This document shows, in pieces, positions 1-13,577 of a stretch of DNA of 64,000 nt. The notes below the pieces were generated by a model that had not been told where the DNA came from, did not search any database, and worked only from the letters and a program-made list of their open reading frames with translations. Source of the DNA: the human T2T-CHM13v2.0 reference genome, Homo sapiens; NCBI RefSeq assembly GCF_009914755.1, contig NC_060929.1, one strand, 5' to 3'. Both the position numbers and the translations under genes were made by a program. Position 1 is the stretch's first letter, and every line of letters starts with the position of its first letter.

Positions 1-2651
1 AGAATGAAAGACTCCCAACACTGGGAAGGACACTGGGGTCTTTCCCAGAGGCAGCTGGGAACTAGGAATGGGAAGGAAAGAAAAACCGAGGAAAGGAAAC
101 AGGTCTAAAGCCAAACTTTCCAGCCTTTAGCTTACAATTAGGAGATTCATCAAAACATTTTCATCATGTTCACTGGCAGGGTCCAGGGGTCTAATAGATT
201 AACAACACGTGCAGCATAGCAGTCAAAAACTACTACCACGGAAGATATGGGTTCAAATCCTTATTCCCCTCATCTCTCAGCCTCTCTGAGCCCCATCTCC
301 TCGCCAGTCACATAGGAGCAAGAACAGGGCCTGGTGAGTGCAGTAAATGCTCATAAGGACACACATTCCTTTATTTGACAGACAAGGAACCAGAGAGGGA
401 AAAGGATGTGCTGCAGGTCACACAGCCAAGAACAAGGCCTCCTTCCACCCTAGGCCAATAGATGCCCTGACACCTGCTAAGGAGAGTTGCAGCCTCCAGC
501 AACCCTGGGAGCCTGGAGCAACCTTTGAAGCTGGAGTGGCCACAGGGTGGGAATCTCAGAGAGACCAGCCCTGCCATGATGGGGGCCACCCCTCCTCTCT
601 GTTCCACCCCGAGGGTCATGGCCCTCAGGCCTGCAGTCGCTGCCTTTCCTCAGCCCCAGAGCCCCCCGCCCCCCCTCCCCAGAGGCAGGTAGGCAGGCAT
701 AGGCCCTGGAGCCTCCACTGGACTGATGGGAAACCTGGCTCGGCCTCAGGCACTAGTGGGCAGCTTTGGAGCTGCAAGTAGTCTAGAGAGAAAGCCACAT
801 CAAAACTACCTAAGGACAAGAGCCAGGTGCCTCTCTACAGCTCCAAGCCCCAGTCTCCCAACGTGCAAATACATGGGCTGCACCTGACAATGTCTAAAAT
901 CCCAGTCAGGGGCCCCTTCCCATGGGCACTGACCCTGGAGCAGTAGGAGAAGCTGTCTGAGCAGAAAGGGATAGACAATGGGGAATGCAGACTCCTATGT
1001 GAAAATGCAAACAGAACAGAATATATTTTTATTAAAGTAAAATAGCTTATTAGGGTCAAAAGACACTATTTGTAAACTATAGAAACATAAGTTGGTAGTA
1101 AAACCACCAAATATTAAATTACTCTGAAACTTCTCCTGTAAGGAGAAACCAGGCCAACAGCATAGTGGGGGAAATATGTGCGCCCTGAGACAAAGTCCTC
1201 ACTAGCCATCAAGCCCTCACTAGCCATCAGCCCCTCACCGGGCCTCTCCAAGGCCGGGCGAGGCCCAGAGCATATTGGCCCCAGGGGGGTCTCCAGCCTA
1301 GCTCTGGGATCTGCTTCCCTGCCCATCCTTGAGGGCCAGACGTTGGTGACCTCCTAGCTGCAGAATGCAGTCACAGGGTATGGTCTCTGGGATTTGAAGA
1401 TGACACAACTCAGCAAGCAGCTTCAGCAGGAGGAGGGGGCCTGCACCTCTTCTCAAGGGTCTGTTAATTAACTCCAGTAATCCTGTGAATTAGGCAGAGC
1501 GCCATGTGGTCATTTGCCTCCATGAGGTGTTATGGAGATTAACTGGAATTAAAGCATTCAGCACAGGGCCTGGCACACATCAAATGCAAAATAAATGCTG
1601 GCTGCTATGATTATTGAAACAACCGCAGCCTGAACCCTCTTCTCAGGCTGATGCTCAAATTCAATTATGGGTGAAAAGAGTTAGTAGGTTTCATCCAGGT
1701 GTGCTCCGCCTGCTCACAACACACCCTCAGATAAATGAATTCACCTTTGTGGGCCTCCTCTGTCCAGGGGCACAAATTCCTGCCCACCTGCTCGGGGTTT
1801 GTGGGGCTCAAAGAGGCCTGACCTCATTCTTCTGAACAGTCTAACTGCTCAACAGGAGCAGAGGATGAGTGGTGAGAGATGGGAGAACAGAGGCTCCAGC
1901 GGAGGCCAGCCCAGGAGAGGGGAGAGGAGTTGGAGGAAGGAAAGATACTGCCACCCGAGCCCTACTCACATGCCTTTCTTTGCTCTCCCATCAATTGTTC
2001 CTGAGTGCCAGGCACCAGGAGTGCACAGTAAGTCAAGCAGGCTGTGCCCTCTTGGAGCTCAAAATTTACTTTCCCAAATATGGGGAGGAATCTGGCTAAG
2101 GGTTCCCACTGGTCCCTTGAGTTTCTCCAGCTTGAAGATAAGTCCAACACCTCTGTGCTGTCCATCTGTCACCTGGTACAGGCCAGAGCTACTGACATCC
2201 CAAAAGGGCCTGGGACTGGTTTGTTAACTAGAGAGGGAGCTAAGGTCTCTGAGCAGGAGGCTTTGAGAAGTTACAGCTGAGCCAGGCATCCACCCCCTCC
2301 CACTTCATACAAGGCTTCCCTCCCAAATGGTGATGCCCAGCTGAGCTAGCCATCTTCCCCACCAACCCTGACTCTCAGTGGTTCCCAGTGATTATCTGGC
2401 AGTTGTGCACACCACTTAATACCCCCTGGAGGGACTGTCCTCTCTTGGCCTCATTGAAGGTCTTTGTGGGTCTGGCACTCTGCTAGGGTGAGTGATGGAA
2501 ACCAAGGAACCCAGATATTGTCCAGTAGATCTTAAAATTTTTTTTAATCCAAAGACATACAGGAATAAGTCTGTCCTTTTCATGTTTGAGACATAGCAGA
2601 GAGACTGGACTATAGAAATGAAATACTGAGAAAAGTTCACACAGTTCAGCT

Positions 2652-2657
2652 TTTATT
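2652..2657 (-). terminator. Polyadenylation signal AATAAA (likely main KLHL3 PAS)
   Basis: tttatt on the + strand; U/UG-rich sequence downstream on the minus strand; the resulting UTR length fits my recollection of the mRNA. Confidence 0.75.
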
Positions 2658-5600
2658 AAAATTAAAGGATGGGAAATTAGAACATGATTCCTGTTAAAAT
2701 AATACATTTGAGGAAATGTTTCTTCAGCTATTGCTGTAACTGATCAAGCATGTGACAAGTGTTCTTTTACAAGATATACAGTCCCTAACAGCCACGCAGA
2801 GAACACCAGATCGAGGATCTTACCTATGCAATATGTTGTACGGGGTGTCAGTGATCAAGTCTGACTGGCTATGACAACCACAGGGACAGAGCACCCACAC
2901 AGACATACACATTCAGTGTCTTCAGTTTTCTTTCAACGAAAGCATTTTACACATAATATGCAAATTAAACAAGAAGTACAACAAGGGTCCTCTATTGCCA
3001 CTGAAAATGAGGGGAGGGGAGGATGGGGGAGCGAATAATTTACAATCTCATAACCAAACATGGCACTAGGGTGATTTGATGCTGCAAATGCCACAGTCCT
3101 GTGCATTCCTGCCATGGCTGATGCTATATCCATGAGTCACTGAGTCCCATGACGAAGGCTGCACAGGGGCTATGAGGCTGTAATTATCCACTACAGAAGA
3201 AATCTCTTCCATTCCCAAATGCTGGAAGTGCTGCTGGCTCTCCTGCTTGGTCAGTAGAAACACAGCACAGCTGAACATGAGGGGCTTAGGACTCTAAATA
3301 GTGCAAACGCTTAAAAAAATTACATTCTAACCTCCTTGCTTCTCCAGGCAAACAGAGCCTTTAAAAACTCCAACTAACTGGAATATGAGTTTGCTCAGCC
3401 TCCCAACTTGATCCAGCTAGGTGCAAATGGGGAGCATGGAGGCAATTTAAATGGCACCTGTCCCAACAATAATAATAATAATAATAAATTTTAAAAACCA
3501 TGATGCAAATGGCAGATAAATACACAAAACAGAGCCTGGAGTAGAGACATAGCTCAAGAAGCAAGTTGTAAGTGTAGTGTGAGCACCTGCAAAGCATATG
3601 CTTAACACACAGGGATCATGAGGATTGACCCCTCTTTTAAAGGTTAGAGACAAGATGCTCCCAAAAAGGGCATCATCCAGCAGCAAAGGCCTCAAGCTAT
3701 TGGAAGCTTCAGATCAACAAGGAGATAGAAGAGAATAAGGAATGGTCGGCTGGACCTAGGACACTATGGGAGTATGTGCTGGGGGGGCAGGCCTTTCCCT
3801 GAGGCTTCTCCATGCCACAGGGTACCAGGCTCAGTGCCCGTCAGTGGGAGCCACCACGAGACAGCCCGGCCTCACCCCCACAGAAAGCAGACTCCAAAAA
3901 AAAAAAAAAAGACACAATCAATACAGACGGGCAAGTGCTGAGTCGAACATAACATCAGTCCCTAGCAATTCAAGAAACACCAGTGACTGCGTTTTAAAAT
4001 TCAGCAGACTCCCTTGAATATGGTATTTTAAAAAAAAAAAAAAAGGCTCATCTACCTGGAGCTACTGAAAAATATGTTTCTGAAGGGTGAGAAACAAAAG
4101 GAAGAGAGCTACAGGCATGAACTACGTTTGAGAGTGAATGATGCAAAGAACACAACATTTCATTATCATGGACAATAAAAAGCGATTCAAACTCTTGAAA
4201 AAAATATCTTATAAAAATATCTACGTTAAAATTTTAGCCTAAAAGCTATAGCTTCAATTTTATAAAAAGGCAATCTTTGAAAGGATCTGGCTCAGAAATA
4301 TACAAACATTACACAACAGATATCAAAGTAAGACAGCTCAAAAAGCATCTTAGGGGATATTGCAACTGGCTTGTCGGGAACTAGAATTAAGTATTCTTAT
4401 TGCATAGCAGAAAATGAGGTCAGTTTTATTTGCATAATACTGCAACTTTGTAGATGGAGAGATGCCATTGGGTACTTATGAGAAATAACTTTGGAATTCA
4501 GAATCTGACTTCTACATTGTTCAAATCAGTATCCAAGTGGCGTCTCGGCTGCTTCTAACCTTGGGCCTCAATTCCATTTCACCACCGCAATCAGATGACA
4601 GATATGCCACTGGCAAAGCTGCATTCACAAGCAGCCGTGGCCACCCTAAGTGGGGCAGTAAGAGGCTTCATCTACCACGTGACCAGCACAAACTAGAAAA
4701 TAGCCTGCTGTGTCCACTGTGGAAAGAGAATCGTACCTGGTGATGAAGAGATAGCAGGTTTTGGTGGCATCTGTGGGCAGCTAGAGCAGATTGGCTTTGG
4801 TGATGACGTACCAGTGTTCTGGTCCCCGTGAAAAAGGATACATGAGGATGGAGTGCACATGGCCTTGGCAGCACGCCCAGTAGAGGCAGTGCTTTGTAGG
4901 GAGGGAGACATGAGGTGAAACCAATTGCAAAAATCCAAAAACAGAAAACATGACTGGCTAGCTTTCAGTGGAGGGACCCTTCCCCGGAAGACGACACATA
5001 AAAGTAGCCTCTCCCGCATGAAAGTCTAGCTTCTCAGTGGTGGGGGAGGGGCAGGGAATTCACCTATCATCTGAAATTGAGAGCTTCTGTGAATGGCATA
5101 CATCAGATCCCAACCCCAGCCTCATCCCCATCACACAGACACACCGAAACAAGTCTCAAAATTTCCTCAGAGAAGGAGAAAGGACATTTCTCATTCCATC
5201 AGCTTCCAACCCACAGCCAGGTAGAGTTATGAAGCCACAGTCATCCCCACTTCATAGTGAGACCAGAGCACTCAACTAAAACATGCCTTGCTTCCTTTGG
5301 AGACATTTCTTCCAGGTCCCCCAAAGCTGGATATTTTAGCCTCTTCTGAAGGCTTCTAAAAATTCTGGGTACCTTGTTGTTCTCCAAGCATCTTGTTGAA
5401 GTAACATGTGCTTAACATCAGAAAGAGAAGTTTTGTCTTTAGGAGAGTTGCACATTTAGGGCACAATAAATATACAGTAAATACACAAAGTGGCTCACTG
5501 GCTGGGAAGACTTCGGGGTTTCTAACTGCAGGGGCTGGGGGATGCCAATCTCCTGCAGCACCTGCTTGGAAGTAGCCCAGTCGTATCAGAAGTCCAACAT

Positions 5601-6913
5601 CAGGATTTATAAAGTTCCTTGGCTTCCTGTAGGTGGATTCTCAAAGTAGGGAGGGTGTCCCAGACTGCAAGGTATGAGACTATTCTCCAGACACAAGACT
5701 TCCCCTGCTTATGCCAGAAATTTCAGCATGAGCAATTTGCTAGTTTAGGAACAGCACAACTTTAAGGTTTTTTAAATACAAATTACTCCATGCCCCCTCA
5801 AATGCCCGCTCCTCAAGATGCTTGAAGTTCTATTGTTAATAATTTTTACCTGTGAATTAGCAAAGCTCTCACCAAGCTCCCTTTTTAAAATGCAAGCACA
5901 TCTTAGGAAGCCTCAAATCCAAGGCCCACTGATATCTCCTACCTCACAGGGAAAGCAGTAGTGGGGTTCTTGGGGGTTGGGGAGAGGGTGCACACCCTGG
6001 AATAGGGGGAAAGCACAAGAAAAAGAAGACAAGGACATTAGACAGACTTGACCACTGTCACAAAGTGCCAAGGGCCAGCTCTAGTGGTATATTCCTTTGA
6101 AGCCATCCAATGTCCATCTGAATCACACACGACCCCATCCAACACAGGCACAAATCTATCTTTGGGTCTGGAGGAGGGTGACCTCTTATTTATCCTCCAG
6201 ACCAGAACACTTCTGAGTAAAATGGGGTGCTGTGAATAATTAAACTGGGATAATAAGTATAAATGGGGACTGTCCTGTCCTGGGAAAACCTAAAAGTAGG
6301 ACCCTCTCTGAGACCATTATAGGCAGGAACTGAATCCTTACCACTTTGGTTTTTTGTTTTTTTCCTGTTTTTGTTTTGTTTTGTTTTGTTTTTCAGTGTT
6401 ACCCGAGGCTTCTCTGAAGAGCTAGTTTTCCCAGCTGAAGAGACATAACACCTCCCAGGCCTGGAATCTATGACATCAAAGACCAATGGCCTAAACCTGA
6501 AGACTGGGCAGTTCTCATCTGCTTCCTGTAGGAGAACTCAAGGAAAAACAGTGAGCTGAGAAGCACAGGGAACCCATTTGTCCCTTATTCTAGCACACAG
6601 AGGACACGGTGCAGCTTCGAGAATTTTCCAGCTCTTCTGCAGACAAAGTCACAGTAGTTAAAGTACATAAGTGGGTGTGGCCAGAGAACTGCCCCTCTCA
6701 CTGGTTATTTCTGGACATTCCCAGACTGTCCAACTGGACCTTCAGAAGAAAGCAGCTTTAGTAGTCTCAGGGTCCCCATGGGACAAATCCAGAAGAGAGG
6801 TCTCTGTGACTTGATTTTTAACACAGCGAAAGGATCAGTAGTAAAGAAATCCAGTAGACTGTCACACACGCTCACCCCCCAACTTAGAGAAACATAGAGA
6901 AACACCATGGTCT

Positions 6914-6937
6914 ACACACACACACACACACACACAC
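6914..6937. repeat. (AC)12 microsatellite in the 3'UTR, (UG)12 in the mRNA
   Basis: Read directly. Confidence 0.95.
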
Positions 6938-7231
6938 TCCAGGGTCTGTATTGTCCCTGTAGAAACACCAAAACAAAGCCCAAAGGTGCTGCCTGGGGAT
7001 GTCAAGACCCCCCTTGCTCAGGGCATAGGCCAGAGCACCTCAGGGGAACGGGGGTGGGTAATGGTGTCCACACTGCGATGAACAACACCAGTCTGCCAAG
7101 TCAGAGGAGAGCGGTTCTCACAGCAGCACAGACCCTCCCAAGCAAGTTGAATCCAGTCACCAAGGTCCTGCTGTTCAGAGTCACAGGCAGCACCTGCTCC
7201 TTCCTCCACCTCCTGGCAGTAGGAGTTTGGG

Positions 7232-7260
7232 TCACAAGGACTTGTGAATCACGGCAACAC
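7232..7260 (-). CDS. KLHL3: KLHL3 last exon, coding part: (G)VAVIHKSL*
   Basis: ttcttattAG|GT GTT GCC GTG ATT CAC AAG TCC TTG TGA; continues the exon 14 frame and matches the KLHL3 C-terminus as I recall it. Confidence 0.93.
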
Positions 7261-7959
7261 CTAATAAGAAAGGGGGAGAAAGTTATCATCTTAGCTTCTC
7301 CAAAATTACTCAGAGTCCCAGTGAGTTCATGAATCCAAGATATCCTGAGTCACAGCCAAGGGAAATGTGTGCAATTTTTATCCTAATATTGAAGTGGACT
7401 CAGGCTGCTAGCAGCTGGCTGTTCCCCACTCCAACAGCCAAGTCCTGGCAAGACACTTGAACCTACGAGCACAGTCCCTCAAACACCACTGACTAGTGGC
7501 CTCACCCTGTGTCATCACATGGACTCACTGTGGTGACTCCCATCCCCAGCCCTAGCACCCAGCCCAACAATGCTCAGCGCCCAGGGGCAGCTATGCAGTT
7601 CTAAATTTGAATCACTGTAAGAGAAGCAATGGGTGATTCATCTCTACTTTTAGAAGACACTGGAATGAAGCGGAAAGTACAGCAGGCTGCCTTCATGGGA
7701 GCAAGAAAGACTGAATTCCATTCCTAGCTCTGCCACCAGTCAACCTGCACTATGGCCTTTGGCAAGTTCTTTGACCTCTTTAGGCTCAGTTCCCACACAA
7801 ATGTCATCTAAGAGACCCTGCCAGTGTGACAATCTCGACTTTGATAAATGCTCCAGACATGTATGCTGTGTTACTGTTTTAGTCCGAGTGAACCATGCTC
7901 AGCACCTAACTATAAATCCACGCATGACCCAAAATCTCACTGTAAGGGACTGAGGCTAC

Positions 7960-8360
7960 ATGGCAGATATTACAGGTTGATTCCGTCAACATCCTTCCTA
8001 CTTGCTATCCTCGACTACAGCCACCAGCAAGTTGCAAGCTCAGGTTCCCAGACTGCCTGGCAGCTAGATGTGCCACGTGACCCAGTGCTGGCCACTAAGA
8101 CTGTAAAGGCAAGTGTGCCAGTGTTGCAACGCTGGCTTTGTTCTTGTTGTGACTGGAATGCTCACGCAAGGCCAAGGGGAGGCAGCAGCCCTTGATAAAG
8201 CTGGCAGAATAGAAAAGAGAAGAGAAACCTGGTTCTGTCAGTCTGAGCCCCCAGGCCAACCTTGGATTTCTTTCTACTTGAGACAAATACACTCACTTCC
8301 TTATTTAGGAAAGTATCTGTCAGGGTTTCTGGTGCCTGTTGCTAAATGAAATCCTAACTT
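7960..8360 (+). mobile_element. Degenerate MLT1-type (MaLR) LTR
   Basis: Resembles MLT1J/K motifs (cccagtgctggcca, ggcagaatagaaaag, ...atcctaact end); boundaries approximate. Confidence 0.45.
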
Positions 8361-10104
8361 ACAGGTGTTTACAGGCAGGATATTACTGCAGCCTTATTTT
8401 AACATAGTCCCACAACTATGAAATGTTCTGATTGAAGATGAGATTGAGAGAACATGGCTAAAATCAAGCCAGGATACCCCACTGGAGATATTCTGCTAAG
8501 ACATCTATTTCCTGTTTATTCCTGGCTAAAGGTGCAGACACAGAAGCTTCAAGGCAGGCAGAACCTGAGTCCAGGTGCCTGGTCTTGACAGCATCTTACT
8601 TGAATCTCAGACATCTCTTTCAGAAGGTAGCTTTTTTTTCTTGAAAGCAGGCTCCTGTGTTGCTTTTTCATATAACCTTTATCTTAATAATAAAAGTAAT
8701 ATATTCTCATTATGGGAAATCTGGAAAATGCAGAACACAAAGAAAAAATCTTTAATCCCTTCACACAAAGAAAACCACCACTGTCTTTTTGGAATACTTT
8801 CTAGCATCTAACAATAATCACAATCATTTACTGCATGGTGTCTAATGCCAGGCAGGCATTGTGCTTAGCTCTTCACAAGTATTACTGCATTTCATTCTCA
8901 CAGCACCCTAAAAGGCTTAGTCTAATTTTATTCCCATTTTACAAATAAGACAACAGGGGTTCAGTATGATAGAATACCTGGCCCGGAGACCCAGGGCTAG
9001 TGGCAGAGCTGGGATTCAAATTCATATCTGACTCCAATATCCATCTGTAGAAGAAGCAGCAGCTATTCAACCCCCACTCCCACTACCACCAATACAGGAC
9101 TATATGCGTGAGTTCACAAGGTTCATACAACTTTGCATCCTTTTTTAACCTAACAGGCTATTACAAATGTTTTCTCATAACATTAAAAATCCATAAACTA
9201 TATAAATATCCCATAGATTATTAGCTATTTCCCTCATGTCAGACATTAAGTAATTCTCAGTTTTTTGCTATTACAAGTAAGGCCCCAATAAATTTGTCCA
9301 TAAATCTTTGTATTTTGGAGCATTTCCTTAGACTTTAAGATAATAGACTCAGTAAGTGGGTTTGAACATAAAATTGCAGGTTTGCTTGTCTCCTTCCTAC
9401 CTACTTCTGGAGAGGGCAGACAATGAAGAAAGGGACATGAAATATTCAGCATATATATGAAATTCTAACCACCCACACTTAACTCTTCCCCTCTCATTAA
9501 GGCACACATGGAGTCAAGGGAAGATTCCTCACTTGTCTCACTCATCCCAGAACAGAATTACTCCAGGACCAAACTTCTTCTAAAATGTTTTATACTTAGC
9601 CAAGAAAAGTATTACAAGGTGAAAAAAACTCTAAAGGAAGAAAAAAGTTAAAGTTCATTACAACAGAAGTCTTATGTTGAAAGAATGTGCTGCAAACTCC
9701 TTCAAATTTGCACAGCACAATCTTCCTCTGCAGTCAAACAAGATGGAATGACTGACCTTTATAATGCAAAATGGGAATCGGAAGAATATTCCTGGAGTCG
9801 TGGTATGGATTAAAAGAGATAATGACTATAAAATACTTTGGATAATGCCTGGTATGTTCTGTGCATGCTGGATCAATAATGTTATCTCTATTCCAGGTTC
9901 TGGAAAACCAGATACAAGGAACTGAACTACACCATGGATATATATTTGCTCATCTCCCCATGGACCCAACCTTAGTAGTACCAACTCTGATGCCACCCCT
10001 GCCCCTGCTACTCACCAAACCCCTCACACACACTCCCCAAGAAGCTTCCACACCCGCCTGGTGCCTTACTCTAAGGCTTACCCTGAGCTGGGGTAGCACA
10101 AAGG

Positions 10105-10335
10105 GCATGGACTTAGAACTCTGGGTTTGAACTCTGACTTTGCCATTTATTAGCTGTGTGGCCTTCAGCAAGTTACTTAAACTCTCCAAACCTGTTATAT
10201 CATCCATAAAATAGACGGATAGAGTCCCATTCAGCCCAAGGGTTGTTGAAAAGATGAGAACAAATGCACACTCTGTTCCTAACACACTGCCCCATGGCAC
10301 GGGGCCAGCCACGCAGTAAAGGACAGCTATTTGTG
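10105..10335 (+). mobile_element. MIR SINE
   Basis: Core ctgggtttgaa..ctttgccatttattagctgtgtggccttcagcaagttacttaa. Confidence 0.7.
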
Positions 10336-10886
10336 TGATTGTGATCCACCCTCAAAGTTTAATTGAGCCTATCTCCTCCAGGAAGGGTTCCCTGGCTTTG
10401 CCAGTTCTCACCAGTCTTTCATGTGCTAAAACCTGTCTAGCGTATGTCATTTAGAACTTGTATATGCATCATCTTGTCTTCCCAGTTGTCCAATTCGACC
10501 CTGGACAACAACAATCGCATCTTATGCCATCTAGGAGCCTGGCACAAAGTAAACCAGGAATGGCAATGAAATTCTAAAATCACTTGTGACAACTCAGTTC
10601 AGTTGGAAGTGGTTCGATGGAATGAATGTTATAAATTCTGAGGCTATCTTCAGGTTCACAGGGTTCGGGCAGGGGCAGGGGTTAATAAGTGCTAATTATC
10701 AATATCTGTCATGAGTGCAGAATGAAGGAGTGGTGGCCATGTAACAATTACCTGTCATCCCTGGAGGAGGCACTCAGGCCCAAGTTAAGCAAGCTCACAT
10801 CCCCTCATCCCACTGGCCCACCCAACCCTCATTCCCCCAGTGTGTTGGAGGCCTCTCGGATGGGCATGGAGATGGCACACACTGAC

Positions 10887-11030
10887 CTGCATAGCTCCGC
10901 CCCGTGCTCATGTTCGTTGGAAGCAGCGTCCATTTGTCAGTGACAGGATTGTAGTACTCCACCGAAGCCAAGTTGCAGGATCCATCATCCCCTCCAACCA
11001 CATACAGGAGCCCATTTACTGCACAGACCC
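10887..11030 (-). CDS. KLHL3: KLHL3 coding exon (about exon 14): [47 protein letters not shown](G)
   Basis: ORF 10795..11001; acceptor tcacAG, donor CAG|GTCAGT; 144 nt, phase 1-1. Confidence 0.97.
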
Positions 11031-11855
11031 CTGTGAGTCAAACAAAAGCCATGGGAGACATCACAGCAGGTGCACTAAGAGATCAGAATTGATCAAGAGA
11101 CAAATCTGGATAGCCTGGGAGGCTCTTTTCCTCCCTTCATGGCAATACAACAGAGATTTGGCTCCACAGGTTTGAGTTTGCTAAGTGAAAGAAAATATTG
11201 ACAACAGCCACTGGGCTCCAAGGATCCTTCTTCCTAACAGGATCATTTCTCTGACCAGGGAGTTTTGATTACTTATAACGTGTATGCCCCCCGCCACACA
11301 CATACCTATACTATAAGTATGTAGAGCATATGGGCACAGACCCCTCTTTAATGGAAAGGTGTATACAGACCTCCTGTGCCAGGCCTGAGCTAGGGAATAA
11401 GACAATTCAGGGGACTTCATGCATGCTACTCCTTCTCTGCTGCTAAGTTTTTCCCTGATAAGCCCTATGTTATATTCACACTGTGTGATGCTGATGGTTA
11501 TGTCTCTAATCCCTTTACAAGACTGGGTCTACATTCACACACAACTCCCAGGGATGCAGAACAGCTCCTACTCTGATCTCAAAGGGAGATGGATTTTGGG
11601 CAAGGTCTCATACAGCAGGGTCTAAGGCATAGGAAAATGTAATGAATTATTGCTCATTAAGACTTTCAAAGGCCACAGTCCAATATGTTGTGTATTTTTT
11701 CAAAATTAGATTAAGGGATTGGTGATACTCTAAAAAGTAGTAATTATCAGTGTTGCTGAAGGTACTCTCAAATACTGGTGAGACGAAAAAATGGACACCC
11801 TCCTGGATGGCGTCTAAAATACATGTGCTTCCTCTGATTAAAAAATTCTACTTCT

Positions 11856-12143
11856 GGCCAGGCACAGTGGCTCACACCTGTAATCCCAGCACTTTGGGAG
11901 GCCAAGGCAGATGGATCACTTGAGCCCAGGAGTTCAAGACCAACCTGGGCAACATGGTGAAACCCTGTCTCTACAAAAAATACAGAAATTAGCCAGGCGT
12001 GATGGCGCATAACTGTGGTCCCACCTACTCAGGAGGCTGAGGTGGGAGGATCTCTTGAGCCCAGGAGGCAGAGTTGCAGAGCCAAGATTATGCCACTACA
12101 ATCTAGCCTGAGAGAGCGAGATCCTGTCTCAAAAAAAAAAAAA
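11856..12143 (+). mobile_element. Alu (AluJ-like) inserted in an ancient L1M fragment
   Basis: Dimeric Alu with A tail; degenerate TSD aaaaattctacttct / aaaaatccatttct. Confidence 0.93.
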
Positions 12144-12608
12144 TCCATTTCTGGCCTTTTATTCTAAAGAAATAATTTTAAATGTGTGTACTAATTTAGC
12201 TATAAAGACCATTTATAATCACTCAAGTATTACTTATAGGATAGAAAAGATGGAAATAACCTGTGTCCAATAGTAGATTGGTTGTTTAAATTATGATATA
12301 GTCATTTAAAATAATATCATATAAATAAGTTTAGTGTTGTAATAAGACGTTCATGAGAGATTGTAAAGTGAGTTTTTTTAAAAAACAGGTTATAAAATAG
12401 TGTTATAGTGTAATTCCATTTTTGTTATTAAAAAATAGAAATATCTATGTATGAATTTTATACAAACACACATTTACATCTAAACTGAATTCCCAGGTTC
12501 TAGATAGACTAGCTGCCTTAAGGGTCCTGTAATTCTTTGCTCATGTGGCTTAAAGCCAAATGAGAACTTGGCAGCAGGCTTAGGCAATGAGTAAATTAGT
12601 AAATATCA

Positions 12609-12627
12609 CCCCCCCCCCCCCCCCCCC
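12609..12627. repeat. C19 homopolymer (G19 in the pre-mRNA)
   Basis: Read directly. Confidence 0.9.
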
Positions 12628-13436
12628 GGGTTTACACTTCCAAGTCAGCCACGAATGGGCTTAGCAAACAGGTAATATGAGAATAATGAAAATGGATCTG
12701 CCTGAAAGTCACCTGTGTGTCCTTCCAGCCTGGGAAGTTGGGCTAAGCCAACACTTTCCTAAAGCAAAGAGGCATAAAGGATATACTGACACAGTACACG
12801 ACCCACAAGGCAAAGCTCAAAAAGGAAATAGCTTAAAAGGGGCCTCATGCTCCAAGAAATATAAACCTAAATACACTACAGTAAATCTTTCCTACAGGAA
12901 GGCATAGGAGACAAGAAGGAAAGCAAAGACAGGAATACAAAGAAAGCAATAAGGAAAGGAGAACTCATCAAGGGTCCAACTGTCCCTGCAAGGAAGGAGA
13001 CTGCTTTCAAGTAGGAAGTGAGAAGTTCTCCTAGCCAGGCACTGGCAAAGAAAAGATAGAACCAAGTGCCATTGTCTGGCCCTTGTCCACAGAGCCCTGT
13101 CCTTAGCTACCTACTAAAGCTGTTGGGCAGCGGGCACTGATGGCAACCAGAGGACTTTCCCAGGTCTGTGCTCATCTGTGTGCGGTAAAAGTCATCACCC
13201 TTCACTGCGGGGAAAGGGGATCCTCTGCATCTAGGTTGCAGGATCTGCAGCTAGCTTTTGGGGTCTCAATTTCTCCCCTCCTCTAATCAAGAGCCCACCT
13301 GGCAAATGCACACTCCCTGTTCAGGATATACGCTCAGCTCCAGACCCTGGGAAATCTCCCTGCTGTTTAGAGCCAGTGTCTTCAGGGAGAAAAGGCACAC
13401 AACCCCCAAAGGGGAGATGGAGAGAGCAGTCATTAC

Positions 13437-13577
13437 CTGCGTTGCGCCGGCACATGTTCATGTCTGCCACTTGCTTCCAGGTATTTGTTCCAGGATCGTA
13501 AACCTCAACGCTCTTCCTCACCAAAGGCCCATCATGCCCACCTGTGGCGTACAGCTGTCCGCTAAGCACTCCAACCC
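13437..13577 (-). CDS. KLHL3: KLHL3 coding exon (about exon 13): VGVLSGQLYATGGHDGPLVRKSVEVYDPGTNTWKQVADMNMCRRNA(G); includes R528
   Basis: ORF 13321..13593; acceptor tttcAG, donor CAG|GTAATG; 141 nt, phase 1-1. Confidence 0.97.

Larger units (their letters stand above)
2630..7231 (-). other. KLHL3: KLHL3 3'UTR (about 4.6 kb)
   Basis: Repeat-poor sequence from the TGA to just past the AATAAA at 2652-2657; the exact cleavage site is approximate. Confidence 0.8.

Noticed and set aside
347-781. 144 aa plus-strand ORF
   Set aside because: Low-complexity Pro/Gly/Ser content in GC-rich DNA, no recognisable domain or splice support; expected by chance
1197-1238. Short direct repeat cctcactagccatca x2 (similarly attttaagtgtatac x2 near 60397-60426)
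   Set aside because: Two-copy slippage duplications with no spacers; not CRISPR-like and no sign of function
2630-7231. Autoregulation of KLHL3 by its own miR-874-3p
   Set aside because: I saw no CAGGGCA seed match (tgccctg on +) in the main 3'UTR on a manual scan; one at about 463-469 lies beyond the PAS. A computational scan should confirm
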